Source: a virus
Direction: 5' to 3' (one strand)
IMG/VR virus record: IMGVR_UViG_3300025112_000010
Location: 1-64,000 of that record
DNA: 64,000 nucleotides
How positions within the stretch are numbered: position 1 is the stretch's first letter; the number at the start of each line of letters is the position of its first letter. The position numbers were made by a program, and so were the translations under genes. The notes beneath the pieces are model-generated. The model was not told the DNA's origin. It did no database searches and saw nothing but the letters and a program-made list of their open reading frames with translations. Below are positions 16,698 to 24,583 of this stretch, piece after piece.

Positions 16698-17299
16698 GCG
16701 ACCAACAGCTTTCCCCAGAAATCCAAAAAGGATGCTTCGGCTAGAGGTGGTGTGAGTACCTGCGTGGGTGACGTGTGGACGAAGGACGTTGCCATCTGGC
16801 ACCCTTCCCACTTCCATGCTCCGCTTCCCTTCATCAGCAGTGCGGCCTCTGCTCGGCAGACGGTGTTGTCGCACTCCTTGATGATCTCCCAGTCGATCTC
16901 TTTTTCATCCACGGGGAGCTTCCGAAGTATGGCATCCATCAGAAGATTTTCGACCTCTCGAAAAGCTTTCATCGAGGGGTGGTTTTTAATCGGGCGGCAC
17001 ATGTCTCCGATGTAGGCTTCGCCTGCATCATGCCAGAGAGCTGCGACCTGGGTGTCCCAATTGCCCCCGCGAAGTTTCACCTCCTGGGCAACGATCACCG
17101 AATGCTCGGCAACACTATAAAACCTCTCGCACTGCCCTCCGAAGCGGCAGAGCTTCGCTAGTGCAGAGACTATGTCGAGAAGATTCATGGTGTCAGGATC
17201 AGGGTTGAAGACGTTCAGGAATTCCCCTGAGAGAATGCTGATAATACCTTCGTCTTCGCACCCTGTTCTGTTGATCGCTAGATCATGCTTTTCAATCAT
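16694..17299 (-). CDS. HD-domain phosphohydrolase (YfbR-like 5-prime-deoxynucleotidase type).
   Basis: H...HD...D motif: AEHSVIV, LWHDAGEAYIGD. Confidence 0.7.
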   Translation of the reverse strand: MIEKHDLAINRTGCEDEGIISILSGEFLNVFNPDPDTMNLLDIVSALAKLCRFGGQCERFYSVAEHSVIVAQEVKLRGGNWDTQVAALWHDAGEAYIGDMCRPIKNHPSMKAFREVENLLMDAILRKLPVDEKEIDWEIIKECDNTVCRAEAALLMKGSGAWKWEGCQMATSFVHTSPTQVLTPPLAEASFLDFWGKLLVA

Positions 17300-18479
17300 T
17301 TGTCAAGTCCTTGTCAATCTGTTCGATGATGGCTCCGATGTGGAGCGAGTTGCGAAGGGTCTCACCGTGTTGTCGGTGGAGGGTAACCGCGCAGATGTCT
17401 CGCTTAGATCGGTAGCCATGTGAGTGGGAGTAAGTATCGCGCGGGATCAGTGTACGAAAAGATTCTATCACCTGTCCACCCACGTCTTGCCTTTTCTGGT
17501 GGTGGATGTGACCAGTGTACCAGTAGCGATGTTCGCATCGCCCAGACTGCTCTCGCTTGTCTTCTGCCATGACTTTGTAAAGTGCCTCTGGCTTGACCTT
17601 GTGCCCATGGTGAACACCGATCAAGTTGTTGCCAAATTCGTACCAGTGGAAACCATCGGGGCTAACGTCGATCTTGACTCGTGGATTCTTTTCGTAAGCC
17701 ACTTCCAGACAGAGGTTGAGCATTTGCGAAGTCTGCTCGTCATGGTTGCCGATGGCATTTATCACAGTCACCGTCTCGTGCTTCTCAAGGGCAGCATCGA
17801 TCATCCGGCGCATAATCTGGATTCCCACTCGGGCGACCTTCGCCCATCGCCCATCGACGTCCAGGGGATTCTTTCCCCGCCTCGTGACGTTCTCAGGGGT
17901 GTCAGTGTGGAACCAGTCTCCGAGGTTGCAGATGACTGCCTCAGAGGTCTTAGGGGAGGCTTCCATCAGTCGGTCGAAACCTTCCGCGAAGATCTTGTCA
18001 GCGATCTCGATGTCCCAATCCTCTTCTGCGTCCTCGTGCCAGCAGTAGAGACCAATGTGGGCATCCCCGATTGGGTAGACCACCAGCTCGTCATCGACCA
18101 TCCCCTTTTTTGTGGGGGCAAGTCGCTTAGGAAGGGGGGTGAAGTCTTGGCAGACATGTTTTGCATATTCTTGGGCGAATTCCTTTAGTCGATCCATGTC
18201 CGCTGACGATTTTACCCATTGGGCCTTGACGTTTCCGTCCTCATCGTATAGCGTTGAAGTACCCTTCACGAAGTGCGTTGACGGCACCGTGTGTGTCATG
18301 TCATGTTCAGGGCTGTGACCCTGGAGGGCTGCGCGCTTTTTGATCCGGGCTACCAACCCCCTGATAGTGGGGGCGCTGGAGCCTACCTCTTTTGCTATTT
18401 CCGCATAGCTCATTTTGTCTAGTTTTTCAATGATAAGCCGCTGCTTATCCGTATTGCAAAAATCGATTAGACCGGCCAT
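17292..18479 (-). CDS. Calcineurin-like metallophosphoesterase with an N-terminal helix-turn-helix.
   Basis: GDAHIG, GDWFH, GNHDE and GHIHH motifs; N-terminal SYAEIAKEVGSSAPTIRGLVARIKKR. Confidence 0.65.
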   Translation of the reverse strand: MAGLIDFCNTDKQRLIIEKLDKMSYAEIAKEVGSSAPTIRGLVARIKKRAALQGHSPEHDMTHTVPSTHFVKGTSTLYDEDGNVKAQWVKSSADMDRLKEFAQEYAKHVCQDFTPLPKRLAPTKKGMVDDELVVYPIGDAHIGLYCWHEDAEEDWDIEIADKIFAEGFDRLMEASPKTSEAVICNLGDWFHTDTPENVTRRGKNPLDVDGRWAKVARVGIQIMRRMIDAALEKHETVTVINAIGNHDEQTSQMLNLCLEVAYEKNPRVKIDVSPDGFHWYEFGNNLIGVHHGHKVKPEALYKVMAEDKREQSGRCEHRYWYTGHIHHQKRQDVGGQVIESFRTLIPRDTYSHSHGYRSKRDICAVTLHRQHGETLRNSLHIGAIIEQIDKDLTND

Positions 18480-18481
18480 TA

Positions 18482-19078
18482 TTACTCGTCCTCGGCAGAA
18501 GAAATTGTCGTAGGGTTTTCCAAGTCTGTCAGGTGGTTGAGGGTCTCGCCCTTCGCAAAATCTGACAACGACAGACGTATAACTTTAATTCCAAAGTCTT
18601 TCAGTTCAGCCCTCAGCCTTTTGCCAAGGTTGGTCGCAGTCTTCCGAGAATCGCCTACAAGCTCTTCGTAGGTGAGGTTAGAGATAACCTGGGAGATAGC
18701 CGCAATTGCGAAGTCTTCGGCTGTGTCATCGTAGTCGTAGCACTGCGTAAGCAACTGCTCGACATCTGAGATTTCATAGATAAGAACCCCACGAAGATGT
18801 AGGACAAGTCCGTCCTTGGTTGTTAGGTTCTGCTTCGGCAGTCGTTTGGTCTGCCGCTTGATGGGAATGACCGTGGGTATGTCTGTGACTACCGGCCAAT
18901 ACCAGTGGATACCTGTTCGACCAAAGACCCAAGTACCGTTGTCATGCTTGACAACTCGCACCTTGGAACCCCATCGCCACTTTACACCTTCCTGCGTTGT
19001 GTTCACTATCACGAAGTGTGGGATGAACATCACGAGAAAATCGTAGAGTCGCGTCAGGACTGGGAACAGCTCTCCCAT
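18482..19078 (-). CDS. SPFH/band-7 domain protein.
   Basis: N-terminal membrane anchor plus QNLTTKDGLVLHLRGVLIYEISD, a band-7 signature pattern. Confidence 0.55.
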   Translation of the reverse strand: MGELFPVLTRLYDFLVMFIPHFVIVNTTQEGVKWRWGSKVRVVKHDNGTWVFGRTGIHWYWPVVTDIPTVIPIKRQTKRLPKQNLTTKDGLVLHLRGVLIYEISDVEQLLTQCYDYDDTAEDFAIAAISQVISNLTYEELVGDSRKTATNLGKRLRAELKDFGIKVIRLSLSDFAKGETLNHLTDLENPTTISSAEDE

Positions 19079-19174
19079 AAATTACCCACCATGATTAAAG
19101 GGTCCGTTGAGACTTCCTATTATCGGTGGGTTTTATGGACTAATCCAGAGCAGTTTCTCCGCATATTAGGAGAA

Positions 19175-19203
19175 CTCAAAAATAAAGGGGGAGGGGTCTT
19201 TTT
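19175..19203. repeat. Motif CTCAAAAATAAAGGGGGAGGGGTCTTTTT, a near copy of 1142..1172.
   Basis: Read directly; the copy at 1262..1294 is the third member. Confidence 0.5.
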
Positions 19204-19298
19204 AGCGAGCGACGAAAAGAGAATGCCAGATTCGTAATTCAAACGGAGTGTAAAGTTGCTTGTGTGGCACTATTAACTCTCGACAGGGAATACAGGGA

Positions 19299-19865
19299 TT
19301 AGTCTTTAGATTCCATCTCTTCTTCTGCCACCGGCGCAGAGTCGTCTCGGCTCTTCTCAGAAGGGTGGAATGGTTGTGTTCCAAAGTCCCTGCCCTCTCT
19401 AGCAGCATCGCCATCTCCGCTCTTAGTTGGAGACTTCCTTTTTGAGTAATCACGAGCGTCCGCTGTGTTACCGTAGTTAAGTCCCTTGTCTGTGCAAAGG
19501 TAGAGGACTCCAACCAGTCGTGAGCGTCTGCTGGTCCCGGTAACGGATCGTATATATCCTTCCCGGAGCAGTAGTCCAAGAGGCTCTTGTAGGAAAGGTG
19601 ATTGAGGGTCTTCAAGGCTGTATAAATATCGAATGTCGGAGAGTGCAAGTCCGTTAGGTCCACCATCTTTAATCCTCTTCAGAAGTGCCCATCGGTTGAC
19701 AGGCTTCTTCGGGGCGGGTACTGGTTTGTCAAAGCCGAGGTGATCCATCTCCAGATCCTCTTCGGCTAACTCGCGTTCTTCCTCTAACTCCCGGCGAGAC
19801 TTCCGCTCTTTAGGTTTGGCCTCACGGGGAGGGAGGTGTACAAGTTCTTCGTGGGGATCATTCAT
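19299..19865 (-). CDS. Hypothetical charged protein (188 aa).
   Basis: ORF track; preferred over the overlapping 19202..19666 frame on composition. Confidence 0.4.
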   Translation of the reverse strand: MNDPHEELVHLPPREAKPKERKSRRELEEERELAEEDLEMDHLGFDKPVPAPKKPVNRWALLKRIKDGGPNGLALSDIRYLYSLEDPQSPFLQEPLGLLLREGYIRSVTGTSRRSRLVGVLYLCTDKGLNYGNTADARDYSKRKSPTKSGDGDAAREGRDFGTQPFHPSEKSRDDSAPVAEEEMESKD

Positions 19866-20092
19866 TGATAGTCTTTCAAAGAGTAGAGGTTTTTTCTAGG
19901 CGTAAATGTGAGACCTAACAGGTAACCCTTTTCTAGCCTTTTTCTGAGTGGTGTGTAGTGCGTTGCGTATGAGCAGCTATTTACTCTATGGTCGCTATAG
20001 GCTACTATCCAAACCCATTTGGTCAGGCATCCAGGATTACCAAGGGGACTATCTTCCATATCTGCACAACCTCTTTTTTGACGTGCCACCAC
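19862..20092 (-). CDS. Hypothetical small protein.
   Basis: ORF track only. Confidence 0.25.
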   Translation of the reverse strand: MVARQKRGCADMEDSPLGNPGCLTKWVWIVAYSDHRVNSCSYATHYTPLRKRLEKGYLLGLTFTPRKNLYSLKDYQ

Positions 20093-20229
20093 TTTAATCT
20101 TCTATACTGCCGGGGGTTGCCCCAGCGATCTGTGGCATAGTCCTCGGCATCAATCCTGTCCTTGAAGTGGACGACTGGCTCACTGTCCGGGGAGGGCTTC
20201 TTCTCCATCAGCTTGATTGAGTAAGGCAC
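20023..20229 (-). CDS. Hypothetical small protein.
   Basis: ORF track only. Confidence 0.3.
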   Translation of the reverse strand: MPYSIKLMEKKPSPDSEPVVHFKDRIDAEDYATDRWGNPRQYRRLKWWHVKKEVVQIWKIVPLVILDA

Positions 20230-20695
20230 TTAATATCCTTTCTAATTCTTCGACTCGGGCTTGAGTCTGTTCTACGTTGGCTACAAGGTCTTCGAGAATA
20301 GTTGCACCCATCGGGGTGAAACCTGCATGGACATAAAGCTTGGCTTGCATCGACAGGTTCGACATGTCAAGTACGCCTTCGTGCGGTTTGAACTCTGTCG
20401 TCTCTCTCGTCCGCTCAGGCTGTCCCTTTGGTTCTTGGATTCGGGCGAGGTGTTTGTACCACTTGGCAAACAACTCATTGCCTTGTCGTTCGTTGCTGTC
20501 GGCCCAAATCACCTGAAAATCGTCAGGGTCTTCGTTGGGATCTAGCGTTAGACGGAAGAGGCAACCGTTCCACATGAAGCGGACGAACTCAGCAGTCTCC
20601 TTCACCGGCATCTGGAAGACCTTCAGGTCCCCGTTCTGCTTCTTCAGGAAGTCTACAAACATCTCCTTCATCTCGCGTGGCATTTCTGTCTTCAT
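20180..20695 (-). CDS. Hypothetical protein (171 aa).
   Basis: ORF track. Confidence 0.45.
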   Translation of the reverse strand: MKTEMPREMKEMFVDFLKKQNGDLKVFQMPVKETAEFVRFMWNGCLFRLTLDPNEDPDDFQVIWADSNERQGNELFAKWYKHLARIQEPKGQPERTRETTEFKPHEGVLDMSNLSMQAKLYVHAGFTPMGATILEDLVANVEQTQARVEELERILSALLNQADGEEALPGQ

Positions 20696-20921
20696 GGTCT
20701 CTAAGCTCTCTTAAAAGTTTGTTGTCAAGTTCGGCACCTCGCATGCCGTTGTTAAATCCGTTGAGCGCCATCCTAAACAGCTCACTGCTCAGACTCGCGG
20801 TAGAGCCTAACGCCTGCCTCCCCTTCACTATCTCGTGAAGGGCATCCGCAAAGTCCTGGTGTTCCTGCGGGATCGTTACACTCACTCGCGTTCCCTTCCA
20901 GTTGTCGATCTTCCTCGGCAT
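20589..20921 (-). CDS. Hypothetical protein; possibly a ribbon-helix-helix-like DNA binder.
   Basis: RVSVTIPQEHQDFADALHEI pattern; start at MPRKIDNW after GGTGGA. Confidence 0.4.
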   Translation of the reverse strand: MPRKIDNWKGTRVSVTIPQEHQDFADALHEIVKGRQALGSTASLSSELFRMALNGFNNGMRGAELDNKLLRELRDHEDRNATRDEGDVCRLPEEAERGPEGLPDAGEGDC

Positions 20922-21081
20922 CAGGCTTCCACCTCTCAAGTGACTGTCGTAAAATGTTCTTCGCCATGTTGGCGCGGGATGTTCTAAATCCTTGCACCTC
21001 GTTCATCTGACGTGCGAGGGAGTCTATCACATCACACATCCATAACTCGTCGTCGTTGAGACGTATCTTAATCTCTTGCAC
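20782..21081 (-). CDS. Hypothetical protein (GTG start after AGGAGA).
   Basis: ORF track; overlaps the previous ORF by about 140 nt in another frame. Confidence 0.4.
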   Translation of the reverse strand: MQEIKIRLNDDELWMCDVIDSLARQMNEVQGFRTSRANMAKNILRQSLERWKPDAEEDRQLEGNASECNDPAGTPGLCGCPSRDSEGEAGVRLYRESEQ

Positions 21082-21090
21082 GGGATTCTC

Positions 21091-21324
21091 CTAGTCCTTG
21101 ACGCTGGGATCTCCCAGGCCAAATTGGAAGTTGGTTGAGCGGCTCCCTCCGTACTCTCTGTGCTTGGCTATTTCTGCCCGGCACTTAGGGTGCATCCGAT
21201 CTCCCCGGTTCTTTGAGTTGAGCTTGGGCTCCCCGCAGACTGGACAAATTCTAGTCATCACGGTGGGACCTTCATGTAGCGTTTCCATCTCCGGCTTGCG
21301 GAGGAACTTATCTAGCAGGCTCAC
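21091..21324 (-). CDS. Small zinc-ribbon protein (CPVCGEP...HPKC).
   Basis: ORF track; GTG start after GGAGAA that lies inside the palindromic motif. Confidence 0.5.
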   Translation of the reverse strand: MSLLDKFLRKPEMETLHEGPTVMTRICPVCGEPKLNSKNRGDRMHPKCRAEIAKHREYGGSRSTNFQFGLGDPSVKD

Positions 21325-21331
21325 AAGTGTT

Positions 21332-21347
21332 TCTCCTAATAATAGGA
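21332..21347. promoter_or_regulatory. TCTCCTAATAATAGGA palindromic motif.
   Basis: Read directly. Confidence 0.45.
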
Positions 21348-21392
21348 CTGTGCCCCCGAACCAAATGGCGGTAAAGTTTCAGGGGCACAGTC
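21346..21392 (-). terminator. Perfect 11-bp stem GACTGTGCCCC / GGGGCACAGTC with a 25-nt loop, lying between the vWA gene and the zinc-ribbon gene.
   Basis: Inverted repeat read directly; on the minus RNA it is followed by a U-rich CUAUUAUUAGG stretch. Confidence 0.4.
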
Positions 21393-21397
21393 AGGGT

Positions 21398-23923
21398 TTA
21401 CGAAATGTTGCGGATCAGGCGAGCCATGAATTTCCGCATGTTGGTAATCAGGTTCGGCAGGTCCTCGAAGTGGACGACGTTCTCTTTGCCGTACATCTTG
21501 TCGGAGTTACGAACCCCGTCGATTGCGATCTGCAAAACGTGGAAGCCTTCCTTGCGGCACTGGTCAACAGCCAACTTGGTTGCGTCCGTAGCCGACATCC
21601 CACCGAAGTGGCCGCAGGGCTCACCGTCGCTGACAACGATCAGCAACTTCTCGAACTTGGGATTGCAGAACTTCTTCATCTCGTGGCGGGCACAGTTGAT
21701 CGCCACATAATCGTAGTTTCCGCTGCCGGGATCGTAGGCCGCGATGCTATGCTTGTGCGGGTTGTTCTTCCCGTACAGGTATGTGAACATCGTATCGTTG
21801 TCCCCACCGCCGCGACCCCACCCACCGGTTGTGTGGCTGTAGATCTCATGCTCGATGCTAGGCAAGCCAACTAGGCACTCGTGGAGAAGGACACCGATGC
21901 ACATTGCGTACTCGGCTTTCCCCATGCTGCTCATGCTGGGGTTGTCATAGCAACTTCCCATAGATCCGCTCTCGTCAAGCAGGATGCCCACAGAGAGCCC
22001 TCGGGCTGACTTTGTGACTTCCTGCTTGCAGATTCGCAAGGACCGTTTCTTCAAGCCAGGGTTAGCCCTATGCTTGAGTTGAGCCTCTTTGATCATGTGA
22101 AGCTTGCGTCGGTCAATTCGCCCGTTTGGCTGCTCGGTGATGTTGAAGTTTCGGCTACCTGTTCGGTAAGAGAAGACCTTCTTCATCCGGTTGATATGCG
22201 GCTGCATCAGAGCGAGGTAATTCTCGTACTTCGCTGTCAAGGCAGGCGTAGGTTGCGGATGGGAGATCACAGTCCCGGCAGGAGACGAACCCTTCTCGGG
22301 TTGCCAATCTGGTCCTCGCTCGACTCGGTTCGCAGTTTGCTTACCCGACTCTTCGGATTGCTTGGCGTCCATCGGTGAGGAAACATCGTCGAGTTTCTTC
22401 ATCATCTGGATCATGTCCTGCATGGTAAAGCTGCCGTCCATGATGCCCGCCTCGACCAAGTCAGCGAGTTCCTTGTTGAGCTTCTTCTGAGTCTTCTCGA
22501 ACTTTTTGATAGCTCGTTTCTTCTCGCTGTCCTGTGAGGAGTCACCCGACTTCTCAGCATCTTTGTAATCCTCCAAAGCAGACTGGTGTTGCTTGACTAG
22601 ATCGTCGATGCTTTTCTGGGTAGCTTCCTTCGCTTGGGCGTTGCTACGAGCCTTACGCTCTGCGTCTAGGCGATCCTGGATCTCTTCCGAGGTAGGACCA
22701 GCTTTTTGCTCCTGGGGGCTCTGCTGGCTCTGCTTGCCGCCTTGCTGTTGCTCTCCACCTTGGGAAGGTGCAGCGTCTTGGCCTTGGGCCTCGGTGCCAT
22801 CGTCGTTGGAGGCTTGACCATCACCTTGGGAGGCTTGGCCTTGACCGCTCTGACCTTGACCGCTCTGACTCTCGCCACCTTGACCACCTTGACCCTGACC
22901 CTCTTGGCCTTGACCTTCCCCGTCAGAATCTTGACCACCCTCACCGGCTTCACCTTCGCCAGCTTCGCCTTCAGGTTGCCCCTCGGGTTGTCCTTCTGGT
23001 TGCTCGCCTTGGACCTTGCTCTTAATGTCTTCGTCAGACATGTCCAGGAGGTCGTCGTATTCCTTCAGGAGGAACTTGTAGTAATCGTGGATCTTCTGAC
23101 CGTATTCAATCACCTCGTCCTCTGTGCGAGGGAGGTGCGGGAACATGCCACGAAGCTCGTCGAAGACGCAGTGGTTGGTGAGAGTCTTCCACTCTTTAAT
23201 CTCTTTGGTAAGCAGGTATCCGCATCGGATAAAACCAAAGAAGATAGCGTTGATGCGGCTGACCTCGGGCTGCTCCTCACCCCAGTGGGCGATGCTGCTA
23301 CCGAACTCTCGCTTCTCGAAGAAGATCCGCTTGATCCCATGGTAGTAGGGAGCAAAACCAGGGGAGTGCAACTTCCCTGCGGCTTCGATACGCTCGTCTT
23401 CAAACAGACCCGTGAACATCGAAAGAACTGGCTCGGTGCCATCCCACTGCTTCATCTTTAGGAAGAGCTTGCGGGTCTCGCGGATGTGGTCTGCTTCATG
23501 GAGACCTAAGCCAAGGTAGAGATCGAGAACCTCCTCGCTGGAGGCAATCTCGAACGGCACTAGGTCCATCAGGATGAAGGGCTGCTTCCACTTTCCAATG
23601 TCGCGGAAAGATGCTGCGGCCCCTCCGATCTCTCCGAGGTGCGCGAATTCAACTGGGCAGTTTCGGGGGAGACCATGGACACGTAGAAGGTTGACGACGG
23701 CGTTGCGAATCATCGCAAGATCCATCACCAACTTGCTTTCGTTTTTGGGGTCAAGCTTGTACTGCTTGCGTGACCACTTGCTGGAGAACTGGTTGCTCTC
23801 TGTTGCTTGGTCTTCGTTGTAGAAGTTGCCAGCAGCTTCGTCGAAGAGATCGCCGCGACCGTCGCGTTGATCCTTGATTTTGTCGAGTGTGTCGAACCAG
23901 CTTCGTTTCTGCTTTTTCGCCAT
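21398..23923 (-). CDS. vWA-domain protein, CobT-like, with a long acidic Gly/Gln/Glu-rich low-complexity linker.
   Basis: C-terminal MIDAS motif ILLDESGSMG and vWA fold pattern; low-complexity region about 22690..23010; its neighbour is the AAA+ partner. Confidence 0.75.
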   Translation of the reverse strand: MAKKQKRSWFDTLDKIKDQRDGRGDLFDEAAGNFYNEDQATESNQFSSKWSRKQYKLDPKNESKLVMDLAMIRNAVVNLLRVHGLPRNCPVEFAHLGEIGGAAASFRDIGKWKQPFILMDLVPFEIASSEEVLDLYLGLGLHEADHIRETRKLFLKMKQWDGTEPVLSMFTGLFEDERIEAAGKLHSPGFAPYYHGIKRIFFEKREFGSSIAHWGEEQPEVSRINAIFFGFIRCGYLLTKEIKEWKTLTNHCVFDELRGMFPHLPRTEDEVIEYGQKIHDYYKFLLKEYDDLLDMSDEDIKSKVQGEQPEGQPEGQPEGEAGEGEAGEGGQDSDGEGQGQEGQGQGGQGGESQSGQGQSGQGQASQGDGQASNDDGTEAQGQDAAPSQGGEQQQGGKQSQQSPQEQKAGPTSEEIQDRLDAERKARSNAQAKEATQKSIDDLVKQHQSALEDYKDAEKSGDSSQDSEKKRAIKKFEKTQKKLNKELADLVEAGIMDGSFTMQDMIQMMKKLDDVSSPMDAKQSEESGKQTANRVERGPDWQPEKGSSPAGTVISHPQPTPALTAKYENYLALMQPHINRMKKVFSYRTGSRNFNITEQPNGRIDRRKLHMIKEAQLKHRANPGLKKRSLRICKQEVTKSARGLSVGILLDESGSMGSCYDNPSMSSMGKAEYAMCIGVLLHECLVGLPSIEHEIYSHTTGGWGRGGGDNDTMFTYLYGKNNPHKHSIAAYDPGSGNYDYVAINCARHEMKKFCNPKFEKLLIVVSDGEPCGHFGGMSATDATKLAVDQCRKEGFHVLQIAIDGVRNSDKMYGKENVVHFEDLPNLITNMRKFMARLIRNIS

Positions 23924-23962
23924 TTGCAGAGTTCCTTATGTTGGGGAGTGTTTCTCAGATTC

Positions 23963-24484
23963 TTAAAATGTACCAGAGTCGGAAGAATACGTCAAGGGGT
24001 CCTTGAGAATAAATCCATCTTCCTTGGAAAAAAGGGGTTTCGCCTTTAGAGTATGCTCACATTCGTCGCTACTGCTGAACCTGTATTGAAAGCATTGGCA
24101 GGAGGGCTTGCCTCTTTCGGTGAGTTCCAGGGTTCGGATTAGTCGCACGTCCCCCGCAATACACTTGGAGGCTATCACAAAGGTCTTGGAATCACCCTTT
24201 TTGGTTTTGGTCCTCTTGACTTGGTAGACGGTGCAGTCCTCGGCAGGGACCTTGAAGAAGGGGTTACCCTGCCCATGGTTTACCCGCTCGGCTAAGTCTG
24301 TGAGGACTTGGGACTCATAACCCTCTTGGGTCTGCACCCTCGTCTTGCCGCAGGTAACTTTGACTTCGGACGTCCATCCGGGCTGATCTAGCACTAAGGC
24401 ATAGTCCGTAGTGTCAGGAAAAGCCCCGTCCGTAACTTGGAGACGAGAGCCGGGAAACTTAGCTACTAATTCTTTTCGATTCAT
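23963..24484 (-). CDS. SWIM-type zinc-finger protein.
   Basis: SCQCFQYRF...DECEHT (CxC...CxH); start at MNRKELV. Confidence 0.5.
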   Translation of the reverse strand: MNRKELVAKFPGSRLQVTDGAFPDTTDYALVLDQPGWTSEVKVTCGKTRVQTQEGYESQVLTDLAERVNHGQGNPFFKVPAEDCTVYQVKRTKTKKGDSKTFVIASKCIAGDVRLIRTLELTERGKPSCQCFQYRFSSSDECEHTLKAKPLFSKEDGFILKDPLTYSSDSGTF

Positions 24485-24583
24485 GGTAATCGTCCTTGTG
24501 CGAGGGGGTGTTTTGATGTGTGTTAAATAAAGAGGGAGAACCGGCAGGAGACCAATCGAGACCGATCCCCCCTCCACCGATTT

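Noticed and set aside
19202-19666. 154-aa minus ORF overlapping 19299..19865
   Set aside because: Its second half is low complexity (RRAETTLRRWQKKRW). The alternative frame gives a more protein-like product. Kept only as an uncertainty.
22706-23461. Plus-strand ORFs antisense to the vWA gene (and similar antisense ORFs at 17424..18188, 35865..36551, 52221..52670, 53925..54470)
   Set aside because: These are shadows of long minus-strand genes with repetitive or low-complexity translations; no RBS.
24100-24135. tRNA-like T-loop sequence GGTTCGGATT
   Set aside because: It lies inside a coding region, and no acceptor or anticodon stem complementarity could be built. No tRNA is supported anywhere in the window.
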